This document shows, piece by piece, positions 14,977 through 23,407 of a stretch of 26,397 bases of DNA. The notes beneath the pieces are model-generated. The model had not been told where the DNA came from and ran no database searches. It was given only the letters and a program-made list of their open reading frames with translations. Position 1 is the first letter of the stretch. Every line of letters begins with the position of its first letter. A program made the translations under genes and the position numbers. The stretch comes from a virus (Duplodnaviria; Caudoviricetes): IMG/VR virus record IMGVR_UViG_3300033067_000794, positions 1 to 26,397 of that record. One strand, written 5' to 3'.

Positions 14977-17265
14977 CTAATTATATTTTCTCGTACGAAT
15001 TATCGTTCCCGATTTATGTTCTCTGATTACTGTTTGCCCTTTAGAGGGGGCTATGACCCAAGTAATAGCGTCCCTATCGCTGGTTTTTAGAACAGTAACT
15101 CGCCCGGAAGAAGCTTCTATCTGCTGCCCATAAACAGGCCTGTCGCTACCCCAAGACATACCGGCTAGCTGGGCGAATATGTCTTCTCCGGAAATAGACG
15201 GTAGCCGTACCGTAACCTCTCCTACATCCCCGGCCGCCTCCCCGCCTATAAGAGCCCTGTCAGAAGACACCGTATACCTTCCCGTCCCAGATAAAGATTC
15301 GTCGCCTACAAGATTCCAAGTCACATCGGGAGAGTACCCTTCTATAAATCCTGACTCGGTCGGCATTACTTGATATTGTAGCCCCATTCTATGATCTACG
15401 AGTACTATTTTATCTTGTCCAAAAAATAGCAGCCCTGTAAGATTATGCCCCATTTCTGGAATAGGTACGGCGCCTACGGCGTTGATAGCTAAACCGATTG
15501 GTACAGCCTCGATACCCGCTGTCGCACTTCCCTGTGATAATACTGATCGCCCTCCGGATAATGGTACGGTGATTCCGGAAATGCTAATGGACGCCGATGC
15601 TGCCGCGCCTCCGCCGGAGACAGCCGTGGATAAGGAAGCATTAGCGCTGCCTGATAGCGCAGGGCTTCCGGACCCCGATACCGCTGCTGCACTTCCGCCT
15701 AACGGAGATACGCTTCCAGCGCTGGCCGCAACGTTCCCGCCGGAGAGGGCTACGTTTGATAACAGGAGCGGGATGCCGCTAAGAGATAGCTCCGAGGGCT
15801 CCCCTGTTAAAGAGGTTCCGTCACCGGTTATCGCGGTTATTGCTCCGATACCTGTATTAGAAGCAGGGGCCCCCGATAAACCAAAAGCTAGGAGACCGTT
15901 GCTAAAGCCCGCAAAAACAAAAGATTGCTCCCCAGATGTATGGGCCGTAACCCCGCTCGAAATACTCCCCAAGCCGGAAGATACTGGGGTAGAAGAAAGC
16001 GTAAAACTTATCCCTCGGAGTACAGTACCAGGTGAAGCCGAAGATTCTGAACCGATTAGCGCTATGTTTTTAGGCGTGTCCAGATTTGATAATCCGGACG
16101 TTACGAGGAAGCCACTAACGCTTTTAGCCGCATCTGATACGGCTATTCCAGCTGAGATACTCGATACGATACCGGAGACAGGTATAGTCGTCCCTACGGT
16201 CGCTAAGACAGTTCCAGCTAGCGGAACTGCCTGAAGTCCTACAGCGGGTATAGACGAAGCTATTAAAGGGGTTCCGAACCCTAACACTCCGGCAGAAGGA
16301 GAGGAGAGCGCGGCTAAAAATCCGAGTGCCGCGTGCACATCACCGGATAGCGGAGCCGTTAGTATTCCAGACGCATTAGCTGAGGCATCTTTAGACAGCC
16401 CTCCGGAAGCGGATTGAGTTTGAACTCCGGATAGGGAAGAAACTACACCTACCGCTGACGTTATAGACCCTAAAAGAATCTGGCTAATGCCACTGCTTAT
16501 ACTTACATTACTAGACACCGCTACGGGGGTAGCTCCGAACAATACCGCGCTACCGGATATGCCCCTTGATGCGCCTATAATCGGTGATACGGTTCCTACG
16601 TCTGTCTGATCGGATTGTCCCGCTAACGACGTGGATGCCTGGGCCGTTATTGGTGATAAAGATGCCGTAGCCGTTATCCCGGAAATAGCGACCTGATAGC
16701 CTTGAATAGTAGTTATGCTTCCGGTAGCCGTAGAAGTAGACGACCCCACAAGGGCTACTGTCAGTGCGGTAGATCCTGCAGAATTGTTTACCGCAGAGCT
16801 CTGAAATCCTGTTAATTGCCGAATAGTCCCCGCGATAGGGATTATACCGGATAAATCGGAAGTCGATCCGATACCGGGCACAGCAAAGTTCACATCAGCG
16901 GAGATAACTCCCGCTCCTGATGCGCTAAAGAACCCTACTACATTAGCCCCAGTATCCACAACCGGAGATCCTCTGCTAGAAACGAAGGGGGTTCCTACAA
17001 GGCGTTTATTTGGGTTAAAAACGGGGCGCCTAAGCGCTGTGACACTGGCGGCACCTGTCAGAGCAGATGTAGCCCCTATAATGGTTATTACGGATCCAAT
17101 TCCGCTGACGGCCGCGCTACCGATCGCGTCGCGAGGTATTGATATGACCGCCGTCCCGGTTATAGCCGAAGAGGAGACGCCAGACAAATTCAGAACGGTA
17201 TCCGCGCCAGTATCCGCGGAAAATCCCCCGATTGTTGTAGACCCTATCGCTCCAAATCCGGGCAT
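14977..17265 (-). CDS. Long Gly/Ser/Ala/Val-rich fibre protein made of ~20-aa degenerate repeats (762 aa)
   Basis: Recurring (L/I/V)(S/T)G..(A/S)....G.(V/I) motif along nearly the whole length; N-terminal MPGFGAIGSTTIGG peptide; short basic C-terminal tail. Confidence 0.75.
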   Translation of the reverse strand: MPGFGAIGSTTIGGFSADTGADTVLNLSGVSSSAITGTAVISIPRDAIGSAAVSGIGSVITIIGATSALTGAASVTALRRPVFNPNKRLVGTPFVSSRGSPVVDTGANVVGFFSASGAGVISADVNFAVPGIGSTSDLSGIIPIAGTIRQLTGFQSSAVNNSAGSTALTVALVGSSTSTATGSITTIQGYQVAISGITATASLSPITAQASTSLAGQSDQTDVGTVSPIIGASRGISGSAVLFGATPVAVSSNVSISSGISQILLGSITSAVGVVSSLSGVQTQSASGGLSKDASANASGILTAPLSGDVHAALGFLAALSSPSAGVLGFGTPLIASSIPAVGLQAVPLAGTVLATVGTTIPVSGIVSSISAGIAVSDAAKSVSGFLVTSGLSNLDTPKNIALIGSESSASPGTVLRGISFTLSSTPVSSGLGSISSGVTAHTSGEQSFVFAGFSNGLLAFGLSGAPASNTGIGAITAITGDGTSLTGEPSELSLSGIPLLLSNVALSGGNVAASAGSVSPLGGSAAAVSGSGSPALSGSANASLSTAVSGGGAAASASISISGITVPLSGGRSVLSQGSATAGIEAVPIGLAINAVGAVPIPEMGHNLTGLLFFGQDKIVLVDHRMGLQYQVMPTESGFIEGYSPDVTWNLVGDESLSGTGRYTVSSDRALIGGEAAGDVGEVTVRLPSISGEDIFAQLAGMSWGSDRPVYGQQIEASSGRVTVLKTSDRDAITWVIAPSKGQTVIREHKSGTIIRTRKYN

Positions 17266-17286
17266 TTACCGTCTCTTCGTTTGAGT

Positions 17287-17326
17287 CACCAGTAACTGGC
17301 GTAGCGCTCCGCTATATGGCGGAGCG
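17287..17326. promoter_or_regulatory. Intergenic GC-rich hairpin plus weaker second hairpin, no U-tract
   Basis: CGCTCCGC-TATATG-GCGGAGCG at 17305-17326 (8-bp perfect stem); CACCAG-TAA-CTGGCG at 17287-17301. Confidence 0.6.
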
Positions 17327-17347
17327 AATGATGCAAATTAATTCTTG

Positions 17348-17806
17348 TTATGCCAATCGAACAAGGCCGTTGGTGGCATCGTTACTAGGCATGGTCAACG
17401 TGAAGTTTCCTGCCGTTACCGTTTGCGAACCGAATGTAAATACGCCTACCGCGTTTCTTCCAGCAGACGTGTCGTTATAGAGTAGCATCGCGTCGAAAGC
17501 CGTTGACAGGGTAACGTTAGACCAAGACAGTGACGCACTTGGCGTCCAAAATGCTGTGGTGCCGGAAGAAGACGGAGCTGTGGCATTTGTTACGACCGCG
17601 CCGCCGGCGGTATATCCAGTTCCTGAGACTTCTGCAGTAGTAGTGTACGCCGTAGTAGCCGCACCCATAGACCCCGAGACCAAGTACAGGGCGCCTTTAA
17701 AAGAGTCCTTCGAGGTAGAACCCCTAGTAACTGTAGGTCCGAAGGCATGAATGCCGTTTAAAAGATCAACTTTAAAGCTAGTTGCAAGTGCTTGACTGTT
17801 AGCCAT
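17348..17806 (-). CDS. Small beta-rich virion fibre subunit (152 aa)
   Basis: QALATSFKVDLLNG.H.F...FKGALY......ATTAYTTTAEVSGTGYTAGG...LLYNDT....AVGVFTFG....TAGNFTLTMP, a widespread phage structural family; GGAG RBS. Confidence 0.8.
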   Translation of the reverse strand: MANSQALATSFKVDLLNGIHAFGPTVTRGSTSKDSFKGALYLVSGSMGAATTAYTTTAEVSGTGYTAGGAVVTNATAPSSSGTTAFWTPSASLSWSNVTLSTAFDAMLLYNDTSAGRNAVGVFTFGSQTVTAGNFTLTMPSNDATNGLVRLA

Positions 17807-17834
17807 TATATGTACTCCGTTTTGTTACTGGTTA

Positions 17835-18050
17835 TTAAAATTCGCTTTGGGCGGACTCCGATTCTAGCGGCTTGTTAGAATGGACATGGGTGCTCGACTT
17901 GACGAGCTCATCTCCCAAAAAATAAGATTCAGTGAAGGAAATATATTCCTCCGTGATCTGCCATTGGGTTCGATAGTGTAAATCGGAAACCGGGATATTG
18001 CCTTTAGTTGTCCAGATTAAGGGTGCTTCTTCTTTAAATACTTCAGTCAT
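17835..18050 (-). CDS. Hypothetical phage protein (71 aa)
   Basis: ATG at 18050 has GAGG 5 nt upstream, preferred over the TTG at 18083; PLIWTTKGNIPV... Confidence 0.65.
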   Translation of the reverse strand: MTEVFKEEAPLIWTTKGNIPVSDLHYRTQWQITEEYISFTESYFLGDELVKSSTHVHSNKPLESESAQSEF

Positions 18051-18086
18051 TTTGGCCTCAGCGAATATTAGGTTAGGATACAATTA

Positions 18087-18641
18087 CTAATTATATCCTA
18101 GTCTTACTGATTTTTCCGCCCATTTATGGGCTTTTACCCTAAATAAATTACATTTTTTTACTTCAATGTCTGCTCGGGCGGCTTCCTCTTGAAGAAATCG
18201 TTCAGCCTCTTCTGAAAGTTCGCTTCCGTCGTCTCCGGGTCCGTCATTAAAAATACCGGCGGATTCTCTCGCAGTACTTTCGGTGGATTTGCAAGAAGAT
18301 TTTTTGGCTCCGGGGTCGTACAGCCTAGTAACGACAACAGGCTTAGACTTAAGAGCATCGATCTCTGATAGGGCATTATAATATTCCACTTCGACTTTAG
18401 AAGTATCGTGTTCATATTTTTCCTTTAACGCTATGTATTCGGACTGCGCGGCGGCAATCTCTGTTACTCGTTGTAGTTCGGTCTTCGCAAGTTTTTCTTC
18501 ATAGACAGATTTCGTACTCTTTTCCCCGGCCATATAGGAGAATACGGCTATCGCGGAAGCCGCCGAGATTACGATGATAATCTTCGCAGCGAATAAATAC
18601 GCCTTGAATTGCGGGGGGATCAAACTGCTCAAAGAAAACAT
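18087..18641 (-). CDS. Rz: Inner-membrane spanin (Rz-like)
   Basis: Single N-terminal TM (IIIVISAASAIAVFSYMAG), coiled-coil, ELSEEAERFL..EAARAD motif, Cys residues; AGGAGG RBS; contains a nested lipoprotein gene. Confidence 0.88.
   Translation of the reverse strand: MFSLSSLIPPQFKAYLFAAKIIIVISAASAIAVFSYMAGEKSTKSVYEEKLAKTELQRVTEIAAAQSEYIALKEKYEHDTSKVEVEYYNALSEIDALKSKPVVVTRLYDPGAKKSSCKSTESTARESAGIFNDGPGDDGSELSEEAERFLQEEAARADIEVKKCNLFRVKAHKWAEKSVRLGYN
18158..18376 (-). CDS. Rz1: Outer-membrane spanin lipoprotein (Rz1-like), embedded in Rz
   Basis: MPYQRSMLLSLSLLSLLG-C lipobox followed by a Pro-rich mature part; fully nested in another frame; start at 18376 or 18358. Confidence 0.85.
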   Translation of the reverse strand: MPYQRSMLLSLSLLSLLGCTTPEPKNLLANPPKVLRENPPVFLMTDPETTEANFQKRLNDFFKRKPPEQTLK

Positions 18642-18653
18642 CTTATGCCCCTC

Positions 18654-21617
18654 CTATACACGATCCGCTTCGGCCTGAAGCTCGTTGTACAATCCCGCAT
18701 CCACACAGCAGTATACCCTCTTGACGCCCGCACTGAAGTTAACGAAAGCATCCCCGTTAGAAGATTGCTCGCAGATATCTCGGATAAAAGTTCCGTTATC
18801 TTTTAAATGCCCTTGACCGATCTCAAATTCATCCGCGGTTTCATGCTCAATTCCGTATATCATGGATTCATTCAGCGCATACCTATCAGAGATGGCCTTG
18901 TGACCCCTCATTTTACCTAAAAGGGTGAGTGCCCCGGTTCCGGTACTTGTAGTGGTTTCCGCTACTCTATTATGTGCCTTAGAAGGGACAAATTTTTGAG
19001 TCGTCATTTGTAAGCTGAAAACATCGCCGTCATCTCCGGCTCCGTCTATAAAGTCGACGGTTATCGAGTTTATAACCTCAAACGAAATCTCGTAAGAGTC
19101 ATTAGATGGCTCTACATAGTCCATAGTTATGCTGGATCCTGATACGGGAGCATCTACTAAAAAGTTATTAAAATCGGCATCGAACGCGGGGTTAGTCCCG
19201 GCGGTAAGAGCTAGCAGTCCGACAAAGTTAACTGTCATGGCAAAAGTGAACGTTACTAGTGCGGTCCAATTAAATCCGTCATTGGATCTATACGCAGTGA
19301 AATCGTTTCCGACTCTTCTTAGCCTAAGATAAACCGGAAACGTTTGTACCGCTGAGTTAGAATTGTATCGAGTAGTCGCCGCCCCTCCGGTAAATGACGC
19401 GCAGTAAAAGTGACGGGGATTAGCCGTTCCGTTGTACCCAAACGAAAATCTAACCGCTACGTTGGCGTCCTGCTCGATTAAAAAACCTAAACTTTGATTG
19501 GCTAAACTTGGGGTGCTGCCGATATACGTCTGTAGATCGAAATTTGTATTGGCCGATGCCTGTCTTAGCCTAGGGGCATTCAACGCGCCCGTAAAATAAT
19601 CATGATTGGTTCCGGCCGGAATAGATATGCGTAACGCCCCTCCGACTATAGCCCTAGAACAATTGCTTAATGGGTCCACGAAGGTCCAAAGACTCTGCAC
19701 CGTAGATGTAGCGAATACATCTGATACGACCCCGGACAATGAATTAGTCAGTATCGGATTGCGGACAAGTGTACTAACCGCTCCGGAAGAGTTTATGGAC
19801 TCTATTTTTGTATAATACCAAGTGGACGGAGATAGTCCTGGTATGGTGATGGCGTGTGAAGTTACCAAGGTGCTATCGACTACCGATCCTAATTCGTAGT
19901 CCTTCGTTAGGCCATAGTAAACCTTGGTAGTCGCAGCCCCGGATGTGATCCAAGAATACGCTACGGAGGTATTTGTCCTAACCGCAGATACGGCACTTAT
20001 ACCCTCTGGAACTGTTATGGTCGAGAACGTTAAATTGGCCGTTCCCACCCCATCATCCCCTGAGATAATATAATTATACGTAGTGCTGGGCAGAAGGTTG
20101 GTAAGGGTAACGCTGTGAGAAGTAGCTGCCACGGATTCCGATACGCTCTGCCCGTACGACTGGGTAGCGCCGTAATTCAAAACTGAGGTGGTGCTTCTGG
20201 TAGTGTTCCATGTTATCCGTTGAGAAGTAGCGGATAACGATGTGGAAACCACGTTAGTAATTTCCGATAACGTTCTGACGGTCTGATTTGAGCTTAAAGC
20301 GCTTCCGGAAGGGCTAGTACCACTAAGCCCAAAATTATACGTAGTGTACGGCGATAGCCCTGTTAGAACAACCGTGTGGTGCGCAACTAGTGTGGGTACA
20401 CTCACCGTTGTGCCGTAAGCTGTAGTTATTCCGTAATCGACCACAGAACTCATGGGGATTGAGGTATCCCAATCTACCGTGAAGGAGTTCTTTGTTATAT
20501 TAGAAATAGCGATGTTGCTGACAGCCTGGGCGGCGGTAGTTGTTTGGAATGTCCTATTAGCTTCCGTTCTAATGTTCCCGGAGGCATCTACACTTCTTAT
20601 CCGGTAATTGTATACCGTATTCGCCGCCAACCCAGTTAACGTAGCAGAATGCGTGGTGACTAAAGCGGAATTGGTGTACGTAGTCCCATAACTAGTCGTC
20701 ACTCCATAATCAATAATCGTAGTGGCGCTTTCATTGGTAGTAAAACCTATTTGCGCCGTAGATGAAGTGACGTTCTGAGTAACCGCGCTGACTACGGGCG
20801 GGTTTGTATCTGGCGCTCCACCTGGGTTAACCAGTGCGTAACCTCCGGCATCGTCATTACCCGCAATATCTTCAGCTATTTTTACGGTATCAATATAACC
20901 GCGCCGCCTAGATGTGGAGGAAATGTTATTAGGATCAGTAATAGGTATTTTCCAGTCCCATTTATAACACCCCATTGCAAACTGAGGTTTAATAAACCCT
21001 GTTGCTGGAAGGCAGGCCACATTTAATTGATCATCACGGCGATGAGTTTGAGCGGTTCCTGATGTAGGATAACGCGCTTGCTCAACACCGTCATACCATG
21101 TTCGAATGAATCCGGTATTTCCTTGTGAAACCTTTATCTGAATGACTAACGTGTGCCATACATTAAGGTCGATCGGCTTTGTCCATAACGTAACACCGCC
21201 AAATCGCCTAAATTGAAATTGGCCGTTAGAGTTCATGCAAAAAAATGGAGCCGTTGATAGTGCCGATTGTTGGCACGCCCCCACGCCCCAATTCGTCCAT
21301 GATGTTGGCACTTCATGTAATTGAATAGGCCAAGACTCGCCGCTTTTAACGTCTAGGTCCCATTCAGAGCGAATAAACGAAATGCCAACCCAATAAACTC
21401 GCTCAAATTCTGGCCAAAATATCTCCCTTACCTCAGTCCTATATTTAGTTCCAACATTACGATCTAGCACCATTTCATAGGACTTGGTTCCTTGGAATAC
21501 AGGAGAATTGGCTATAAATAATGTATTAGGGCCAGACACTGCTGTTAATGGCAGCGGGACTTTCTGCCCAACAGTTCCATTTTCCGCATTGAATGATGCT
21601 ACGAGAGTGGCTGTCAT
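18654..21617 (-). CDS. Multidomain receptor-binding/depolymerase protein (987 aa): polysaccharide-lyase-like jelly-roll, 4 FN3-like domains, ConA-like lectin domain, C-terminal fibre anchor domain
   Basis: YRTEV...YWVGIS...QLHE...WHTLVIQIK....GFIRTWYDG...MGCYK; four W.T...S.V.YG.T..YG.......H.V.LTGL.P.T.Y units; YLRLRRVGNDFTAYRSNDG.NW; NRVAETTTSTGTGALTL...EIGQG....R....SSNG...VNFSAG.K.V. Confidence 0.82.
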   Translation of the reverse strand: MTATLVASFNAENGTVGQKVPLPLTAVSGPNTLFIANSPVFQGTKSYEMVLDRNVGTKYRTEVREIFWPEFERVYWVGISFIRSEWDLDVKSGESWPIQLHEVPTSWTNWGVGACQQSALSTAPFFCMNSNGQFQFRRFGGVTLWTKPIDLNVWHTLVIQIKVSQGNTGFIRTWYDGVEQARYPTSGTAQTHRRDDQLNVACLPATGFIKPQFAMGCYKWDWKIPITDPNNISSTSRRRGYIDTVKIAEDIAGNDDAGGYALVNPGGAPDTNPPVVSAVTQNVTSSTAQIGFTTNESATTIIDYGVTTSYGTTYTNSALVTTHSATLTGLAANTVYNYRIRSVDASGNIRTEANRTFQTTTAAQAVSNIAISNITKNSFTVDWDTSIPMSSVVDYGITTAYGTTVSVPTLVAHHTVVLTGLSPYTTYNFGLSGTSPSGSALSSNQTVRTLSEITNVVSTSLSATSQRITWNTTRSTTSVLNYGATQSYGQSVSESVAATSHSVTLTNLLPSTTYNYIISGDDGVGTANLTFSTITVPEGISAVSAVRTNTSVAYSWITSGAATTKVYYGLTKDYELGSVVDSTLVTSHAITIPGLSPSTWYYTKIESINSSGAVSTLVRNPILTNSLSGVVSDVFATSTVQSLWTFVDPLSNCSRAIVGGALRISIPAGTNHDYFTGALNAPRLRQASANTNFDLQTYIGSTPSLANQSLGFLIEQDANVAVRFSFGYNGTANPRHFYCASFTGGAATTRYNSNSAVQTFPVYLRLRRVGNDFTAYRSNDGFNWTALVTFTFAMTVNFVGLLALTAGTNPAFDADFNNFLVDAPVSGSSITMDYVEPSNDSYEISFEVINSITVDFIDGAGDDGDVFSLQMTTQKFVPSKAHNRVAETTTSTGTGALTLLGKMRGHKAISDRYALNESMIYGIEHETADEFEIGQGHLKDNGTFIRDICEQSSNGDAFVNFSAGVKRVYCCVDAGLYNELQAEADRV

Positions 21618-21622
21618 GTTTA

Positions 21623-22018
21623 TTATCCGTGAGTGATTTTCATAGAAGGACTTCTAACCTTCTGATCCTGCCGTACTTCTACCACATCTACTATGGCGTT
21701 GGGCGGAGGGACCTCAGTAGCTAGCCCGACGGTCAGCCCATTAATCACCATTACGTTATTACCGTCAGCGAACTCGACCTCCGCCGCTAGCCCGCCGGCC
21801 AGGGCGATAGTTTCTTTAGCGAACCCCGCAAATGTAGCGGCTCCGTTATCCACGGTAGCGCACGGCTTTGATAAGGTGATCGTATACAATAGCGTTCCGG
21901 TAGCTCTTCCGCCGTCGGTATACACGTTGGCTCGCCCGTTTAATCCGGAGACTCCGTCTATTAACGCAATATCGCTTAATAGCCTGTTATTCTTTGCTAA
22001 TATGCTTCTTCCGGCCAT
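21623..22018 (-). CDS. Small beta-rich virion fibre subunit (131 aa)
   Basis: KNNRL..I..ID....G...VY......GTLLYTITLSKP...V..G...F.GF......A.G.AA...F.D.....VI.GLTVG....ITHG; GGAG RBS. Confidence 0.75.
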   Translation of the reverse strand: MAGRSILAKNNRLLSDIALIDGVSGLNGRANVYTDGGRATGTLLYTITLSKPCATVDNGAATFAGFAKETIALAGGLAAEVEFADGNNVMVINGLTVGLATEVPPPNAIVDVVEVRQDQKVRSPSMKITHG

Positions 22019-22056
22019 CGTGCCACTCCAACTAAAAAAATTATTTATTTTTAAAA

Positions 22057-22085
22057 TTAATACTACAATACCCGCGCGCTGTCAA
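22057..22085 (-). promoter_or_regulatory. Candidate sigma70-type promoter before the fibre genes
   Basis: Perfect TTGACA at 22085-22080; -10 imperfect (TATTAA at 17-nt spacing); followed by an AT-rich tract. Confidence 0.35.
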
Positions 22086-22093
22086 CTCAGGGC

Positions 22094-22771
22094 TTATAGA
22101 AGTATCTTGACGCCGTGCGCCGTTATCGGAAGAACTAACATCCAATTGTCATTTTTGATTAATGTAGAAAAGGTATCTGTCCGATAAACAGTCGAGTGTA
22201 GTGCAGGGTTAGCGGCGGTTTTTAACCAATCCCCCCTAGTCTTGACATACTCTCTTACCCATTCTTTTTCAGTACCGCCGTTAGCCGGTATAGGCTCTGG
22301 AAATTTATTCCGTAACCAAGAGGGAACTGAACCGCTATGTATAAACGAATCGTAAATCACTAAAGCCGATAAGGGGAGAAAAAATAAATTATCATCGGCC
22401 CATTTCATAGCGGGATTAAAATACTGTTCTTCGAATATTTTATCCTGGCATCGCCGCATAATAGGATCCGTCCCCGCCGCTTTTAGCAGCCTTCTGAACT
22501 CTAAATCAGTATACAGCGTCCATTTTTTTATTGAGGGTATATACCTCTGAAGCTCATGAGAATATGCCCCGAATTGTTCGGCATACATCAAAAGAAGATC
22601 TTTCAATCCGGCATTTTCTGTAGTCTGCGATCTTCCGTATGTTATTTGTTTATGCCCGTCAGGGGCATCCGCAAAAATAGAAACAGCGCCGTAATCCCCC
22701 TCCGTATCACCCGTTTCAAACACATTAACGATGGCTACTATAGTTCGTTTTTGTTCTGCTGATAGCTTCAT
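22094..22771 (-). CDS. Endolysin candidate, GH46 chitosanase-like lysozyme-superfamily glycosidase
   Basis: IVNVFETG...DYG.V....D......ITYG..Q.T...DP.M..CQD..F...YF.PA...LVIYDSFIHSG; close to holin-like and spanin genes. Confidence 0.8.
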   Translation of the reverse strand: MKLSAEQKRTIVAIVNVFETGDTEGDYGAVSIFADAPDGHKQITYGRSQTTENAGLKDLLLMYAEQFGAYSHELQRYIPSIKKWTLYTDLEFRRLLKAAGTDPIMRRCQDKIFEEQYFNPAMKWADDNLFFLPLSALVIYDSFIHSGSVPSWLRNKFPEPIPANGGTEKEWVREYVKTRGDWLKTAANPALHSTVYRTDTFSTLIKNDNWMLVLPITAHGVKILL

Positions 22772-22822
22772 CCGCCTACCTTATCTGATTTATTTTCTAG
22801 TTACAGATCTTGTTCACGCAGA

Positions 22823-23158
22823 TCACGGGATAATTTCCAAACCACCTGGAGCTGTTAACAGTCCCGGCTTTGTGTAAGTAAAATTTGGCGAAAACACGCT
22901 CTCCACCCTCCCCCAAACAGGATCAATGTTGACGAACTTCGCTTTTAGGGTATGCACGCCTGCTAGGGAGGAGCCGATATCTATCTTACAGCGCTTGCCT
23001 TCAGGTACAGTTTCTACAACTGAGTCTACCTGGGCATTGGCATCTATAACGTACGCGCAGTGCGTTACGGTCTGGGTAGACGGGTCGCTGACTACAAAAG
23101 GCGCCGCGTACACCATGGCGGGCGCGATTATGAAGGGTAATAAAAATAGTCGTTTCAT
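22823..23158 (-). CDS. Small secreted beta-sandwich protein (111 aa) with signal peptide and two Cys
   Basis: MKRLFLLPFIIAPAMVYA-APFVVSDP (Sec signal, VYA cleavage); internal ATG at 23158 of the tracked 194-aa ORF. Confidence 0.7.
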   Translation of the reverse strand: MKRLFLLPFIIAPAMVYAAPFVVSDPSTQTVTHCAYVIDANAQVDSVVETVPEGKRCKIDIGSSLAGVHTLKAKFVNIDPVWGRVESVFSPNFTYTKPGLLTAPGGLEIIP

Positions 23159-23407
23159 GTTATTAAGCCCTGCTAAGCCGGTCTCTTGCCAGTTAAACTC
23201 AGTATGCGCCGGCATGAGCGAGAATTCTGCCGCAAATAGAGCATAAATAGCTTTCAATGTCGCCGGCCTATTGCCTTGAATGTATGCCCATAAGCTGCAA
23301 TCAATCGTTTTGTCGGCATAGCGTTTTTTAACATAGTGAGCGCAAGCGCCGAGAATGCCGATAGTCATAAATAATACTAATATTGCAAATTGAGTTATTA
23401 AGTTCAT
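23159..23407 (-). pseudogene. Truncated holin-like gene fused in frame to the secreted protein
   Basis: GILGACAHYVKK...CSLWAYI.GNRPATL.A aligns by eye with LIGLLYHYYEKK...DTLREYL.HDKRSTL.A of the 107-aa gene but lacks its final AGYGLDNMFNK helix. Confidence 0.6.

Noticed and set aside
15482-16234. 250-aa plus-strand ORF and similar antisense ORFs over the fibre genes
   Set aside because: Mirror frames of Gly/Ser/Ala-rich genes; no independent signals.
17305-17326. Hairpin as a canonical intrinsic terminator
   Set aside because: No U-tract follows on either strand; kept only as a regulatory hairpin.
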